The notes below the pieces were generated by a model. It saw nothing but the letters and a program-made list of their open reading frames with translations, was not told where the DNA came from and did no database searches. 64,000 nt of DNA from the NCBI GenBank assembly GCA_951406725.2, contig OX597815.1, positions 73,036,001 through 73,100,000 of the forward strand, written 5' to 3'. The position numbers were made by a program, and so were the translations under genes. Positions 11,101 through 22,209 of this stretch are shown one piece after another. The first letter of the stretch is position 1. Each line of letters starts with the position of its first letter. The stretch comes from Octopus vulgaris. Its lineage: Eukaryota.

Positions 11101-12582
11101 ATGGATCTTGACTTAACGTCAAATTCTGATTTTCCCGAGATGGGAGAAGTTATAAAGCAAAAGGATACAAAGGAGAAACAAAGTTTTTCGGAAGCCGTTG
11201 GAGGCAATGTTATAGAACTGGAAGTAACAATGGAGGATCTCTTCAAGTTCAGAAAGTTCATACAAAGGAATGGAGAAGAAACGAGAATAATACCGCCCCC
11301 TGACACCTTACAAGCAATCCGTGAGAAGACGGTAATTTATAAGGTATATAATATTAAGGAAAAAAAGATTGCAGATGTAAGAAATGAATTGGTAGAACGG
11401 TGCATGGCACCAATTTGGAACAAGGTTCGCTATGTTGGCCGAGGAGTGAGAAGCGCTACTATTGAAGCGCATTTCGAGTCGGCTAGCATAGCGAAGGAAA
11501 TTTCAACTCAAACGTTGAAGAGTGCAGACATCCTGTTGCTGCCCACGTACTTAGGGCGCAGAACAGCTAAGATAACAATAGAGGATATACCAACAGGTTA
11601 CGATGTAATGTGGGCAGCAACAGCGGTCGTATTCGACGTAGAAGAGAAATTAAACATTTTAAACATGAGGATGAAAGAGGCAAAATTTTGGAAAGGTCAG
11701 CAGCTTGAAATGATCGTTCAAGCTGACAATGCAACGCTGGAGAGTTTGCCAGACAGGGTCTTCGTGGGGGATGGACACACTGCGCGGGTATCGGTTGAGG
11801 GACGTAGGCCCAGATGTTTCAAATGTGGGCAGAAGGGTCACGTCCGCTCAGAGTGCAAAAAGAAAAAACCCGTTAATGCCCCCATTCAAACCGCTGTGGA
11901 GAACAAAGCAGACATCACAGCAACAACTAAAGAGAATACCCGGAAAAAGCAAAATGAAAGTCAAAAGGAGGAAAAGAAAATGAATGGAAAACAAAGCGAA
12001 AACGAAAACGAGGTGGAAAATATTTTATCAAATGGAAAAGAACTGGAAGTAATGGAATATACGACTGTAACCAACAAAAGGAAGAAATCCAATACCCCGG
12101 ACTCCCCACCCCAAACAAAAAGAAAAACAAACGCAGAAGAACAACACAAAAAAATTATCCAATCCCACCCCGCTGGCACTACTTTTGTAGGCCAGCATTT
12201 CATTAAACCCCAGCCCCCAACTTTAAAAGGATTCAAAAAAACCGATAGGTGCATTGCTTATAACATAAAAAACGAGAGAGTAGTTTGGTACATAAAGGCG
12301 AAACCAAACATAAAATGTTTCAAATCATCGGAAAAAAACCCGGATTGGAGGTATGCGAAGGTTGGAGAGGAGGAATGGAAGGAGAGACTCTTCCAACTAC
12401 ACGTGAGGGACAACCTGATTAAAGATGTCACACAAGAGGTGATAGCTGGAAAATTGAATATTAGCCCGGCAGCCACTCCATCCCAGAGCCCGGTGGCAAC
12501 GCCGGTTAAATGCCCAGCAACAACGGAGAGTGTGGGGGAGGCAGGCAGACAAAAGCTGCCATGCTCCCTCTCACAACCGTAA
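11101..12582 (+). CDS. ORF1 gag-like nucleic-acid-binding protein with CCHC zinc knuckle
   Basis: CFKCGQKGHVRSEC knuckle; first ATG at 11101 (ORF track starts at GTG 11050). Confidence 0.88.
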   Translation: MDLDLTSNSDFPEMGEVIKQKDTKEKQSFSEAVGGNVIELEVTMEDLFKFRKFIQRNGEETRIIPPPDTLQAIREKTVIYKVYNIKEKKIADVRNELVERCMAPIWNKVRYVGRGVRSATIEAHFESASIAKEISTQTLKSADILLLPTYLGRRTAKITIEDIPTGYDVMWAATAVVFDVEEKLNILNMRMKEAKFWKGQQLEMIVQADNATLESLPDRVFVGDGHTARVSVEGRRPRCFKCGQKGHVRSECKKKKPVNAPIQTAVENKADITATTKENTRKKQNESQKEEKKMNGKQSENENEVENILSNGKELEVMEYTTVTNKRKKSNTPDSPPQTKRKTNAEEQHKKIIQSHPAGTTFVGQHFIKPQPPTLKGFKKTDRCIAYNIKNERVVWYIKAKPNIKCFKSSEKNPDWRYAKVGEEEWKERLFQLHVRDNLIKDVTQEVIAGKLNISPAATPSQSPVATPVKCPATTESVGEAGRQKLPCSLSQP

Positions 12583-12606
12583 GTAACAAACTTTCTTCAT
12601 TCATCG

Positions 12607-15600
12607 ATGATTAAGTTGGGCTGTATAAATGTGCGTGGAATGGGGTCGAAATGGAAACAGGCTTGCTTGCTGGACGACCTCAGGACACACAGAATAGATG
12701 TAGCCATTGTCACCGAGTCCAAGATGAGAGGAACCCAAGCGTTCTCGCATCTTCTCAATGGTTACGAGAAATTTATTTCTCCTAGCCGAGGAGGAAGTGC
12801 AGGCGTGGCAGTCCTTATCAGGAAGAACTTGGACTTACAGGTAAGTACTGTCTTTATGGACCCAGAAGGTAGGCTGGTTGTCCTCGATGTAACTCACGTA
12901 AGTAAGCAGTCCTTCAGGTTGGTAGCTGTTTATGCTCCTAATGAGGGTAGGCAGACTGGTTTTTATCGGAACTTGGAGCACTTTCTAGTGACGTCTAAAA
13001 CGGTAGTATTGGTAGGGGATTTCAACACTATCATCGATGCGCGGATAGATAGTGTGGGCTCGTCTGATAGAAGGGGGAATCCTTGCCTTAAGGGTCTACT
13101 GACGAGCTTTAATCTAGTAGATCGGTTTCGAATGGATGAGCCGAGCATTCCACAGTGGACGTGGAGTAACAATGACGGCTCACGCAGATCGTATATAGAT
13201 AGGGTATTTGTTAAAGAACGAGATAGGAATAGCATTAGCTGTCCACAATTTTGTATTGTGCCTTACACGGATCACAAATTAGTGACGTGTGAGGTACATG
13301 TAGATAAATGCCATAGACAGGGACCCGGATACTGGAAAATGAACAAGTCTATTTTGGCTTGTGAAGCTTTCCGTAACCGGATTATGGAATTAGTCCAGAG
13401 GGCATTATGTGGAACCATCATTAATAATAGATGGTGGATCGCCCTCAAAAGAGCCATCCGTTTGGAGTCCATTAGATTTAGCAACCAGCTAAGTTTAGAT
13501 AGGACTAGAATAGAGGGCGATTTAGTTAAGAACTTAGACGAGGCAATGGGATCTGGCTGTGCATCTAGAGTGTTAGCAGAGAGAACGATCTTGTACCGTC
13601 ACCTCAATGCCAAGCATGAAGGATGTAGAGTCAGAGCTAAGCTACGTGCAGTGAAACGAGAAGGTATTAATGTTGCCGGATGGGCACGTCGTGTGGAGAG
13701 TCAGAAGGGCAAAAAGTCCTCTATTAAGTCTTTAACTGACGAACAGGGACGCAAAATCTATGGACAGGAGGAGATACAGAAGGTCTTTCAACAGCATTTC
13801 GCTCGGTTGTTTGGGGAGGGCGATCCACTCGAGCGAGGGGAGGACTTACAGAACTTCCTAGCTGGTGGGCCTCGGCTCTCGCCAAGCAGAGCTGAACGCT
13901 GTGAAGGACCGATTACTCCCGCGGAGGTAAGAGGGGTTTTGGCTGAATGCGCCCGGGAAAAGTCGCCGGGACTGGATGGTCTGCCCTATGAGTTTTATTG
14001 TTGTATGCCGGACTTGTTCGGGGACATACTGGCAAGCGTCTACGCAAACTGGCAACAGAATGGGAGGATTCCCAGTTCTGTGAGCCGGGGAGTTGTGACG
14101 CTGATCCAGAAAGACCCGAGCAAGGGGGATAATATTAGTAATTATAGGCCCATAACTCTACTTAATGTAGAGTTAAAGATTTTGGCCAAGGTGTTAGCAG
14201 AAAGGTTGAAGGTCGTCATGGAAAAACTTGTCGGAAAGGCACAGACATGTGCAATCCCAGGCAGGTCGATCGAAGATAATCTTCACCTTCTACGCTACAC
14301 TATAGACAGGGTTGGGCAATTAGCCGGCAAAGGAGGGGCATTGGTCCATTTAGACCAAAGTAAAGCATTTGATAGGGTAGATCATCAGTACCTGGCGACG
14401 GTTCTCGAAGCGGCTGGGCTAGGTCCTGACTTTCGCGGGTGGATATCAGCTATGTACAGCGGTATCAAGTCCACAGTCCAGATAAACGGTTACTTAACGG
14501 AACCATTTTCGATTAAGCGTTCAGTTCGTCAAGGATGTCCCTTGTCCCCTCTCCTGTACGTTTTGGCTCTTGAGCCATTGCTGCGGAAGTTGGAGACGGT
14601 GAGATGCAATCCTAATGAAATCGGATGCGGTAAGTCTGTTTCTGCGTATGCGGATGACGTCACCTTCATCGTGTCCAACGAAGCACAACTAACTCGTGTA
14701 GAAGGTGCTCTCCGAAGATACGAAGCGGTGGCTGGGGCAAAAGTTAACAAGGACAAGTCCACTGGTTTGCGCCTCGGCACCTGGAGGAACAAGCCGATAT
14801 CGTCCAGTGTTGTTGGACACTGGACAGATGGTCCTGTTAAATTGCTTGGAGTTTGGTTTGGTTCAGACTCCCAGACGGAGAAAAATTGGAGCGAGGTAGT
14901 GACCAAGGTAGAAGCCATAGTTCGGGAGTGGTCCGGAAGGCATCTTTCCTTGAAAGGGAGGGCGGAGGTGGTACAGGTGTTTATAGCATCTGTAATCACC
15001 TATCGCCTGACTGTCGTGCCTTGCCCCGATTTGTGGCTAAGCAAGTTGGATCGACTCCTTTTCCGCTTTTTGTGGAAGGGAGGAAAGCCACTTGTAAGGC
15101 GCTCCGTGTGTTGCCAGGAACCACTAAAGGGTGGACTGGGGATGCCTTGGTTAATGATGCGCAGGCATGCGCTGAGACTGAGACATCTCTGGTTTCACCT
15201 GGAAGGTGATAAGGTGTGGAGTCCGCTGGCAGATAATTTCTTCCCGCAACCGGACTCTATGGAGAGATTTAAACCCGGTTTCATTAAAAGACGGAACCTG
15301 ACTTTATGGCAGAAAGAGTGCCGACAGGCACTCTGGCTGATCCACAAGATAGGCAAAGCCGGCTGCGGGAATACCACCTCGACATTTTATAGAAGGATGG
15401 TAGAGGCAAAAAATGACGACGTCCTAAGAGGGTCTCTGGGGTTCGATGAGGATCAACTATCCGACCTGTTTAAGAAGACTTTCAAGCCGGGGTATTTGGA
15501 CAATTACCAAAAATCCCTGACTTGGCAGTGCTATAGGAATGCTCTACCTGTTCGCGATAAGTTATATAGGCATGGAATGTCAGTGCCACCGACATGTCCA

Positions 15601-16005
15601 AGATGTGGGTTGGACGATGAAACCGTCCAGCACGCTTTTGTACATTGTCAGGAGCTGTCAGGCTTAATAAGTTACGTAGAACACGTGTTGTCGCATCTGG
15701 GACGAGTACAGCTATCGGCTGGTTCTATAATAAAGATGATACCGCCAGCTGGACTCTCAAAGGAAGGTGAGGCTTGTTTTCACTGTACGGTGGCAGTACT
15801 GAAAGAGTGTGTGTGGAGAACTAGATTGGAAGGTTTGGTGTCAGGAACCTTTGTCTCTGGATATGGTATGTTAAAATACTTCAGATACCATCTAAAGAGC
15901 AAAATGGATTTAGAGAAGAGGAACCTGACACAGAAAAAGTATGTGAATCGATGGAAGGATGTGATAAAAAAGGTGGGTGTGAGTAACCCTGCTTGGTCAT
16001 CATGA
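12607..16005 (+). CDS. ORF2: APE endonuclease + reverse transcriptase + C-terminal CCHC (1132 aa), L1/Tx1 type
   Basis: CINVRG, VYAP, GDFN, YIDR, TDH (APE); GPGYWKMN; KSPGLDGL, NYRPITLLN, LDQSKAFDRV, VRQGCPLSP, YADD (RT); GGLG; CPRC..ETVQHAFVHC. Confidence 0.96.
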   Translation: MIKLGCINVRGMGSKWKQACLLDDLRTHRIDVAIVTESKMRGTQAFSHLLNGYEKFISPSRGGSAGVAVLIRKNLDLQVSTVFMDPEGRLVVLDVTHVSKQSFRLVAVYAPNEGRQTGFYRNLEHFLVTSKTVVLVGDFNTIIDARIDSVGSSDRRGNPCLKGLLTSFNLVDRFRMDEPSIPQWTWSNNDGSRRSYIDRVFVKERDRNSISCPQFCIVPYTDHKLVTCEVHVDKCHRQGPGYWKMNKSILACEAFRNRIMELVQRALCGTIINNRWWIALKRAIRLESIRFSNQLSLDRTRIEGDLVKNLDEAMGSGCASRVLAERTILYRHLNAKHEGCRVRAKLRAVKREGINVAGWARRVESQKGKKSSIKSLTDEQGRKIYGQEEIQKVFQQHFARLFGEGDPLERGEDLQNFLAGGPRLSPSRAERCEGPITPAEVRGVLAECAREKSPGLDGLPYEFYCCMPDLFGDILASVYANWQQNGRIPSSVSRGVVTLIQKDPSKGDNISNYRPITLLNVELKILAKVLAERLKVVMEKLVGKAQTCAIPGRSIEDNLHLLRYTIDRVGQLAGKGGALVHLDQSKAFDRVDHQYLATVLEAAGLGPDFRGWISAMYSGIKSTVQINGYLTEPFSIKRSVRQGCPLSPLLYVLALEPLLRKLETVRCNPNEIGCGKSVSAYADDVTFIVSNEAQLTRVEGALRRYEAVAGAKVNKDKSTGLRLGTWRNKPISSSVVGHWTDGPVKLLGVWFGSDSQTEKNWSEVVTKVEAIVREWSGRHLSLKGRAEVVQVFIASVITYRLTVVPCPDLWLSKLDRLLFRFLWKGGKPLVRRSVCCQEPLKGGLGMPWLMMRRHALRLRHLWFHLEGDKVWSPLADNFFPQPDSMERFKPGFIKRRNLTLWQKECRQALWLIHKIGKAGCGNTTSTFYRRMVEAKNDDVLRGSLGFDEDQLSDLFKKTFKPGYLDNYQKSLTWQCYRNALPVRDKLYRHGMSVPPTCPRCGLDDETVQHAFVHCQELSGLISYVEHVLSHLGRVQLSAGSIIKMIPPAGLSKEGEACFHCTVAVLKECVWRTRLEGLVSGTFVSGYGMLKYFRYHLKSKMDLEKRNLTQKKYVNRWKDVIKKVGVSNPAWSS

Positions 16006-16474
16006 AGGGAGAAAATAGTCTCTGGGCTCTTAGGCTGTCGGGTAAGAATCCTGACTGTGATATATCTAGCTGGCCAAAATCATTTTTAATTTTAAAAAAA
16101 AGGAGAAAAGTAAAGTCTAGTATCATAATCAATAATCAACATATGTAAATATCAAACGAACAACGTAAACTTTTTGTAATTATGTTTTGTATTGTAATGT
16201 ACTATCTCTGTAAGATTTTTATAATCATAATAAAGATTTAGGAAGCGACACCTACTGATTTTTCCTTGGATTACGTCGGATTATTTTACGCTGTAAGCTG
16301 TTATGTTAGTTCGTTCTGTTCTGGATTTACACGTACAATTTTTGGAGTATTAACTTGTGAAACAAAGTAATTTTCGCCCTTCGGGGTAGAAAATTTCTTT
16401 TTATATATGAACTTTAATTCAGTGTGGATTTAATTTTTATCTTGTCTCTTGTGACAAGTCACTTGCATTTTATT

Positions 16475-17955
16475 ATGGATCTTGACTTAACGTCAAATTC
16501 TGATTTTCCCGAGATGGGAGAAGTTATAAAGCAAAAGGATACAAAGGAGAAACAAAGTTTTTCGGAAGCCGTTGGAGGCAATGTTATAGAACTGGAAGTA
16601 ACAATGGAGGATCTCTTCAAGTTCAGAAAGTTCATACAAAGGAATGGAGAAGAAACGAGAATAATACCGCCCCTGACACCTTACAAGCAATCCGTGAGAA
16701 GACGGTAATTTATAAGGTATATAATATTAAGGAAAAAAAGATTGCAGATGTAAGAAATGAATTGGTAGAACGGTGCATGGCACCAATTTGGAACAAGGTT
16801 CGCTATGTTGGCCGAGGAGTGAGAAGCGCTACTATTGAAGCGCATTTCGAGTCGGCTAGCATAGCGAAGGAAATTTCAACTCAAACGTTGAAGAGTGCAG
16901 ACATCCTGTTGCTGCCCACGTACTTAGGGCGCAGAACAGCTAAGATAACAATAGAGGATATACCAACAGGTTACGATGTAATGTGGGCAGCAACAGCGGT
17001 CGTATTCGACGTAGAAGAGAAATTAAACATTTTAAACATGAGGATGAAAGAGGCAAAATTTTGGAAAGGTCAGCAGCTTGAAATGATCGTTCAAGCTGAC
17101 AATGCAACGCTGGAGAGTTTGCCAGACAGGGTCTTCGTGGGGGATGGACACACTGCGCGGGTATCGGTTGAGGGACGTAGGCCCAGATGTTTCAAATGTG
17201 GGCAGAAGGGTCACGTCCGCTCAGAGTGCAAAAAGAAAAAACCCGTTAATGCCCCCATTCAAACCGCTGTGGAGAACAAAGCAGACATCACAGCAACAAC
17301 TAAAGAGAATACCCGGAAAAAGCAAAATGAAAGTCAAAAGGAGGAAAAGAAAATGAATGGAAAACAAAGCGAAAACGAAAACGAGGTGGAAAATATTTTA
17401 TCAAATGGAAAAGAACTGGAAGTAATGGAATATACGACTGTAACCAACAAAAGGAAGAAATCCAATACCCCGGACTCCCCACCCCAAACAAAAAGAAAAA
17501 CAAACGCAGAAGAACAACACAAAAAAATTATCCAATCCCACCCCGCTGGCACTACTTTTGTAGGCCAGCATTTCATTAAACCCCAGCCCCCAACTTTAAA
17601 AGGATTCAAAAAAACCGATAGGTGCATTGCTTATAACACAAAAAACGAGAGAGTAGTTTGGTACATAAAGGCGAAACCAAACATAAAATGTTTCAAATCA
17701 TCGGAAAAAAACCCGGATTGGAGGTATGCGAAGGTTGGAGAGGAGGAATGGAAGGAGAGACTCTTCCAACTACACGTGAGGGACAACCTGATTAAAGATG
17801 TCACACAAGAGGTGATAGCTGGAAAATTGAATATTAGCCCGGCAGCCACTCCATCCCAGAGCCCGGTGGCAACGCCGGTTAAATGCCCAGCAACAACGGA
17901 GAGTGTGGGGGAGGCAGGCAGACAAAAGCTGCCATGCTCCCTCTCACAACCGTAA
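16475..17955 (+). pseudogene. ORF1 of copy C, frameshifted (possibly sequencing error)
   Basis: Split into 16424-16708 and 16762-17955 by C4 vs C5 run. Confidence 0.75.
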
Positions 17956-17979
17956 GTAACAAACTTTCTTCATTCATCG

Positions 17980-20900
17980 ATGATTAAGTTGGGCTGTATA
18001 AATGTGCGTGGAATGGGGTCGAAATGGAAACAGGCTTGCTTGCTGGACGACCTCAGGACACACAGAATAGATGTAGCCATTGTCACCGAGTCCAAGATGA
18101 GAGGAACCCAAGCGTTCTCGCATCTTCTCAATGGTTACGAGAAATTTATTTCTCCTAGCCGAGGAGGAAGTGCAGGCGTGGCAGTCCTTATCAGGAAGAA
18201 CTTGGACTTACAGGTAAGTACTGTCTTTATGGACCCAGAAGGTAGGCTGGTTGTCCTCGATGTAACTCACGTAAGTAAGCAGTCCTTCAGGTTGGTAGCT
18301 GTTTATGCTCCTAATGAGGGTAGGCAGACTGGTTTTTATCGGAACTTGGAGCACTTTCTAGTGACGTCTAAAACGGTAGTATTGGTAGGGGATTTCAACA
18401 CTATCATCGATGCGCGGATAGATAGTGTGGGCTCGTCTGATAGAAGGGGAATCCTTGCCTTAAGGGTCTACTGACGAGCTTTAATCTAGTAGATCGGTTT
18501 CGAATGGATGAGCCGAGCATTCCACAGTGGACGTGGAGTAACAATGACGGCTCACGCAGATCGTATATAGATAGGGTATTTGTTAAAGAACGAGATAGGA
18601 ATAGCATTAGCTGTCCACAATTTTGTATTGTGCCTTACACGGATCACAAATTAGTGACGTGTGAGGTACATGTAGATAAATGCCATAGACAGGGACCCGG
18701 ATACTGGAAAATGAACAAGTCTATTTTGGCTTGTGAAGCTTTCCGTAACCGGATTATGGAATTAGTCCAGAGGGCATTATGTGGAACCATCATTAATAAT
18801 AGATGGTGGATCGCCCTCAAAAGAGCCATCCGTTTGGAGTCCATTAGATTTAGCAACCAGCTAAGTTTAGATAGGACTAGAATAGAGGGCGATTTAGTTA
18901 AGAACTTAGACGAGGCAATGGGATCTGGCTGTGCATCTAGAGTGTTAGCAGAGAGAACGATCTTGTACCGTCACCTCAATGCCAAGCATGAAGGATGTAG
19001 AGTCAGAGCTAAGCTACGTGCAGTGAAACGAGAAGGTATTAATGTTGCCGGATGGGCACGTCGTGTGGAGAGTCAGAAGGGCAAAAAGTCCTCTATTAAG
19101 TCTTTAACTGACGAACAGGGACGCAAAATCTATGGACAGGAGGAGATACAGAAGGTCTTTCAACAGCATTTCGCTCGGTTGTTTGGGGAGGGCGATCCAC
19201 TCGAGCGAGGGGAGGACTTACAGAACTTCCTAGCTGGTGGGCCTCGGCTCTCGCCAAGCAGAGCGGAACGCTGTGAAGGACCGATTACTCCCGCGGAGGT
19301 AAGAGGGGTTTTGGCTGAATGCGCCCGGGAAAAGTCGCCGGGACTGGATGGTCTGCCCTATGAGTTTTATTGTTGTATGCCGGACTTGTTCGGGGACATA
19401 CTGGCAAGCGTCTACGCAAACTGGCAACAGAATGGGAGGATTCCCAGTTCTGTGAGCCGGGGAGTTGTGACGCTGATCCAGAAAGACCCGAGCAAGGGGG
19501 ATAATATTAGTAATTATAGGCCCATAACTCTACTTAATGTAGAGTTAAAGATTTTGGCCAAGGTGTTAGCAGAAAGGTTGAAGGTCGTCATGGAAAAACT
19601 TGTCGGAAAGGCACAGACATGTGCAATCCCAGGCAGGTCGATCGAAGATAATCTTCACCTTCTACGCTACACTATAGACAGGGTTGGGCAATTAGCCGGC
19701 AAAGGAGGGGCATTGGTCCATTTAGACCAAAGTAAAGCATTTGATAGGGTAGATCATCAGTACCTGGCGACGGTTCTCGAAGCGGCTGGGCTAGGTCCTG
19801 ACTTTCGCGGGTGGATATCAGCTATGTACAGCGGTATCAAGTCCACAGTCCAGATAAACGGTTACTTAACGGAACCATTTTCGATTAAGCGTTCAGTTCG
19901 TCAAGGATGTCCCTTGTCCCCTCTCCTGTACGTTTTGGCTCTTGAGCCATTGCTGCGGAAGTTGGAGACGGTGAGATGCAATCCTAATGAAATCGGATGC
20001 GGTAAGTCTGTTTCTGCGTATGCGGATGACGTCACCTTCATCGTGTCCAACGAAGCACAACTAACTCGTGTAGAAGGTGCTCTCCGAAGATACGAAGCGG
20101 TGGCTGGGGCAAAAGTTAACAAGGACAAGTCCACTAGTTTGCGCCTCGGCACCTGGAGGAACAAGCCGATATCGTCCAGTGTTGTTGGACACTGGACAGA
20201 TGGTCCTGTTAAATTGCTTGGAGTTTGGTTTGGTTCAGACTCCCAGACGGAGAAAAATTGGAGCGAGGTAGTGACCAAGGTAGAAGCCATAGTTCGGGAG
20301 TGGTCCGGAAGGCATCTTTCCTTGAAAGGGAGGGCGGAGGTGGTACAGGTGTTTATAGCATCTGTAATCACCTATCGCCTGACTGTCGTGCCTTGCCCCG
20401 ATTTGTGGCTAAGCAAGTTGGATCGACTCCTTTTCCGCTTTTTGTGGAAGGGAGGAAAGCCACTTGTAAGGCGCTCCGTGTGTTGCCAGGAACCACTAAA
20501 GGGTGGGCTGGGGATGCCTTGGTTAATGATGCGCAGGCATGCGCTGAGACTGAGACATCTCTGGTTTCACCTGGAAGGTGATAAGGTGTGGAGTCCGCTG
20601 GCAGATAATTTCTTCCCGCAACCGGACTCTATGGAGAGATTTAAACCCGGTTTCATTAAAAGACGGAACCTGACTTTATGGCAGAAAGAGTGCCGACAGG
20701 CACTCTGGCTGATCCACAAGATAGGCAAAGCCGGCTGCGGGAATACCACCTCGACATTTTATAGAAGGATGGTAGAGGCAAAAAATGACGACGTCCTAAG
20801 AGGGTCTCTGGGGTTCGATGAGGATCAACTATCCGACCTGTTTAAGAAGACTTTCAAGCCGGGGTATTTGGACAATTACCAAAAATCCCTGACTTGGCAG

Positions 20901-21377
20901 TGCTATAGGAATGCTCTACCTGTTCGCGATAAGTTATATAGGCATGGAATGTCAGTGCCACCGACATGTCCAAGATGTGGGTTGGACGATGAAACCGTCC
21001 AGCACGCTTTTGTACATTGTCAGGAGCTGTCAGGCTTAATAAGTTACGTAGAACACGTGTTGTCGCATCTGGGACGAGTACAGCTATCGGCTGGTTCTAT
21101 AATAAAGATGATACCGCCAGCTGGACTCTCAAAGGAAGGTGAGGCTTGTTTTCACTGTACGGTGGCAGTACTGAAAGAGTGTGTGTGGAGAACTAGATTG
21201 GAAGGTTTGGTGTCAGGAACCTTTGTCTCTGGATATGGTATGTTAAAATACTTCAGATACCATCTAAAGAGCAAAATGGATTTAGAGAAGAGGAACCTGA
21301 CACAGAAAAAGTATGTGAATCGATGGAAGGATGTGATAAAAAAGGTGGGTGTGAGTAACCCTGCTTGGTCATCATGA
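17980..21377 (+). pseudogene. ORF2 of copy C, frameshifted (possibly sequencing error)
   Basis: Split into 17980-18474 and 18504-21377 by G4 vs G5 run. Confidence 0.75.
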
Positions 21378-21613
21378 AGGGAGAAAATAGTCTCTGGGCT
21401 CTTAGGCTGTCGGGTAAGAATCCTGACTGTGATATATCTAGCTGGCCAAAATCATTTTTAATTTTAAAAAAAAAGGAGAAAAGTAAAGTCTAGTATCATA
21501 ATCAATAATCAACATATGTAAATATCAAACGAACAACGTAAACTTTTTGTAATTATGTTTTGTATTGTAATGTACTATCTCTGTAAGATTTTTATAATCA
21601 TAATAAAGATTTA

Positions 21614-21992
21614 GGAAGCGACACCTACTGGCTGGCTACGCTGCATTGAAAAGGGGCAATACCCTGAAACGCGTCTGTAGCTGCCGGTCAAGTAGTGTGG
21701 AGCGACTAGACCTCCCTTGTTCGAAGGTTATATGGATACAGTTTGTGTATCAAATAGCTAACTTAAGGCGATGGCCTCATGGAGCTAATAAGCGGACAGC
21801 TTTTTCTTATTTTTATAAGAATGCCATATTAGTATGGCGATAACTATTATTTTCCGGGAACGCTGCCGCTGTTCTCTTTTAGAGAGACTTAGTTATTTTA
21901 ATATTTCTATTATTGAAAACAAGTGGATGTATTCCACCGAAACTAGGTAAATAAAACCATCGAACAGAGATTGTCGGAAGCGACACCTACTG
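21614..21992 (+). repeat. One full period of the 362-bp hammerhead repeat between LINE copies C and D
   Basis: Nearly identical to 8261-8622; 17-mer to 17-mer distance is 362 bp. Confidence 0.93.
21627..21688 (+). ncRNA. Minimal type I hammerhead ribozyme (copy 2)
   Basis: Same motif as 8274-8335; GCCAGT>GCCGGT change converts a U-A pair to U-G. Confidence 0.8.
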
Positions 21993-22209
21993 ATTTTTCC
22001 TTGGATTACGTCGGATTATTTTACGCTGTAAGCTGTTATGTTAGTTCGTTCTGTTCTGGATTTACACGTACAATTTTTGGAGTATTAACTTGTGAAACAA
22101 AGTAATTTTCGCCCTTCGGGGTAGAAAATTTCTTTTTATATATGAACTTTAATTCAGTGTGGATTTAATTTTTATCTTGTCTCTTGTGACAAGTCACTTG
22201 CATTTTATT

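Larger units (their letters stand above)
10884..16240 (+). mobile_element. Tx1-clade LINE copy B, full length, both ORFs intact
   Basis: Bounded by 17-bp direct repeats; 5'UTR-ORF1-24 nt spacer-ORF2-3'UTR ending AATAAAGATTTA with no poly(A). Confidence 0.95.
16258..21613 (+). mobile_element. Tx1-clade LINE copy C, full length, single-base frameshift in each ORF
   Basis: Bounded by 17-mers at 16241 and 21614; one C missing near 16670 and one G missing near 18447, both in homopolymers. Confidence 0.95.

Noticed and set aside
12963-15377. Short antisense and alternate-frame ORFs inside ORF2, recurring in every copy
   Set aside because: Recurrence only reflects copy identity; no motifs suggesting independent function.
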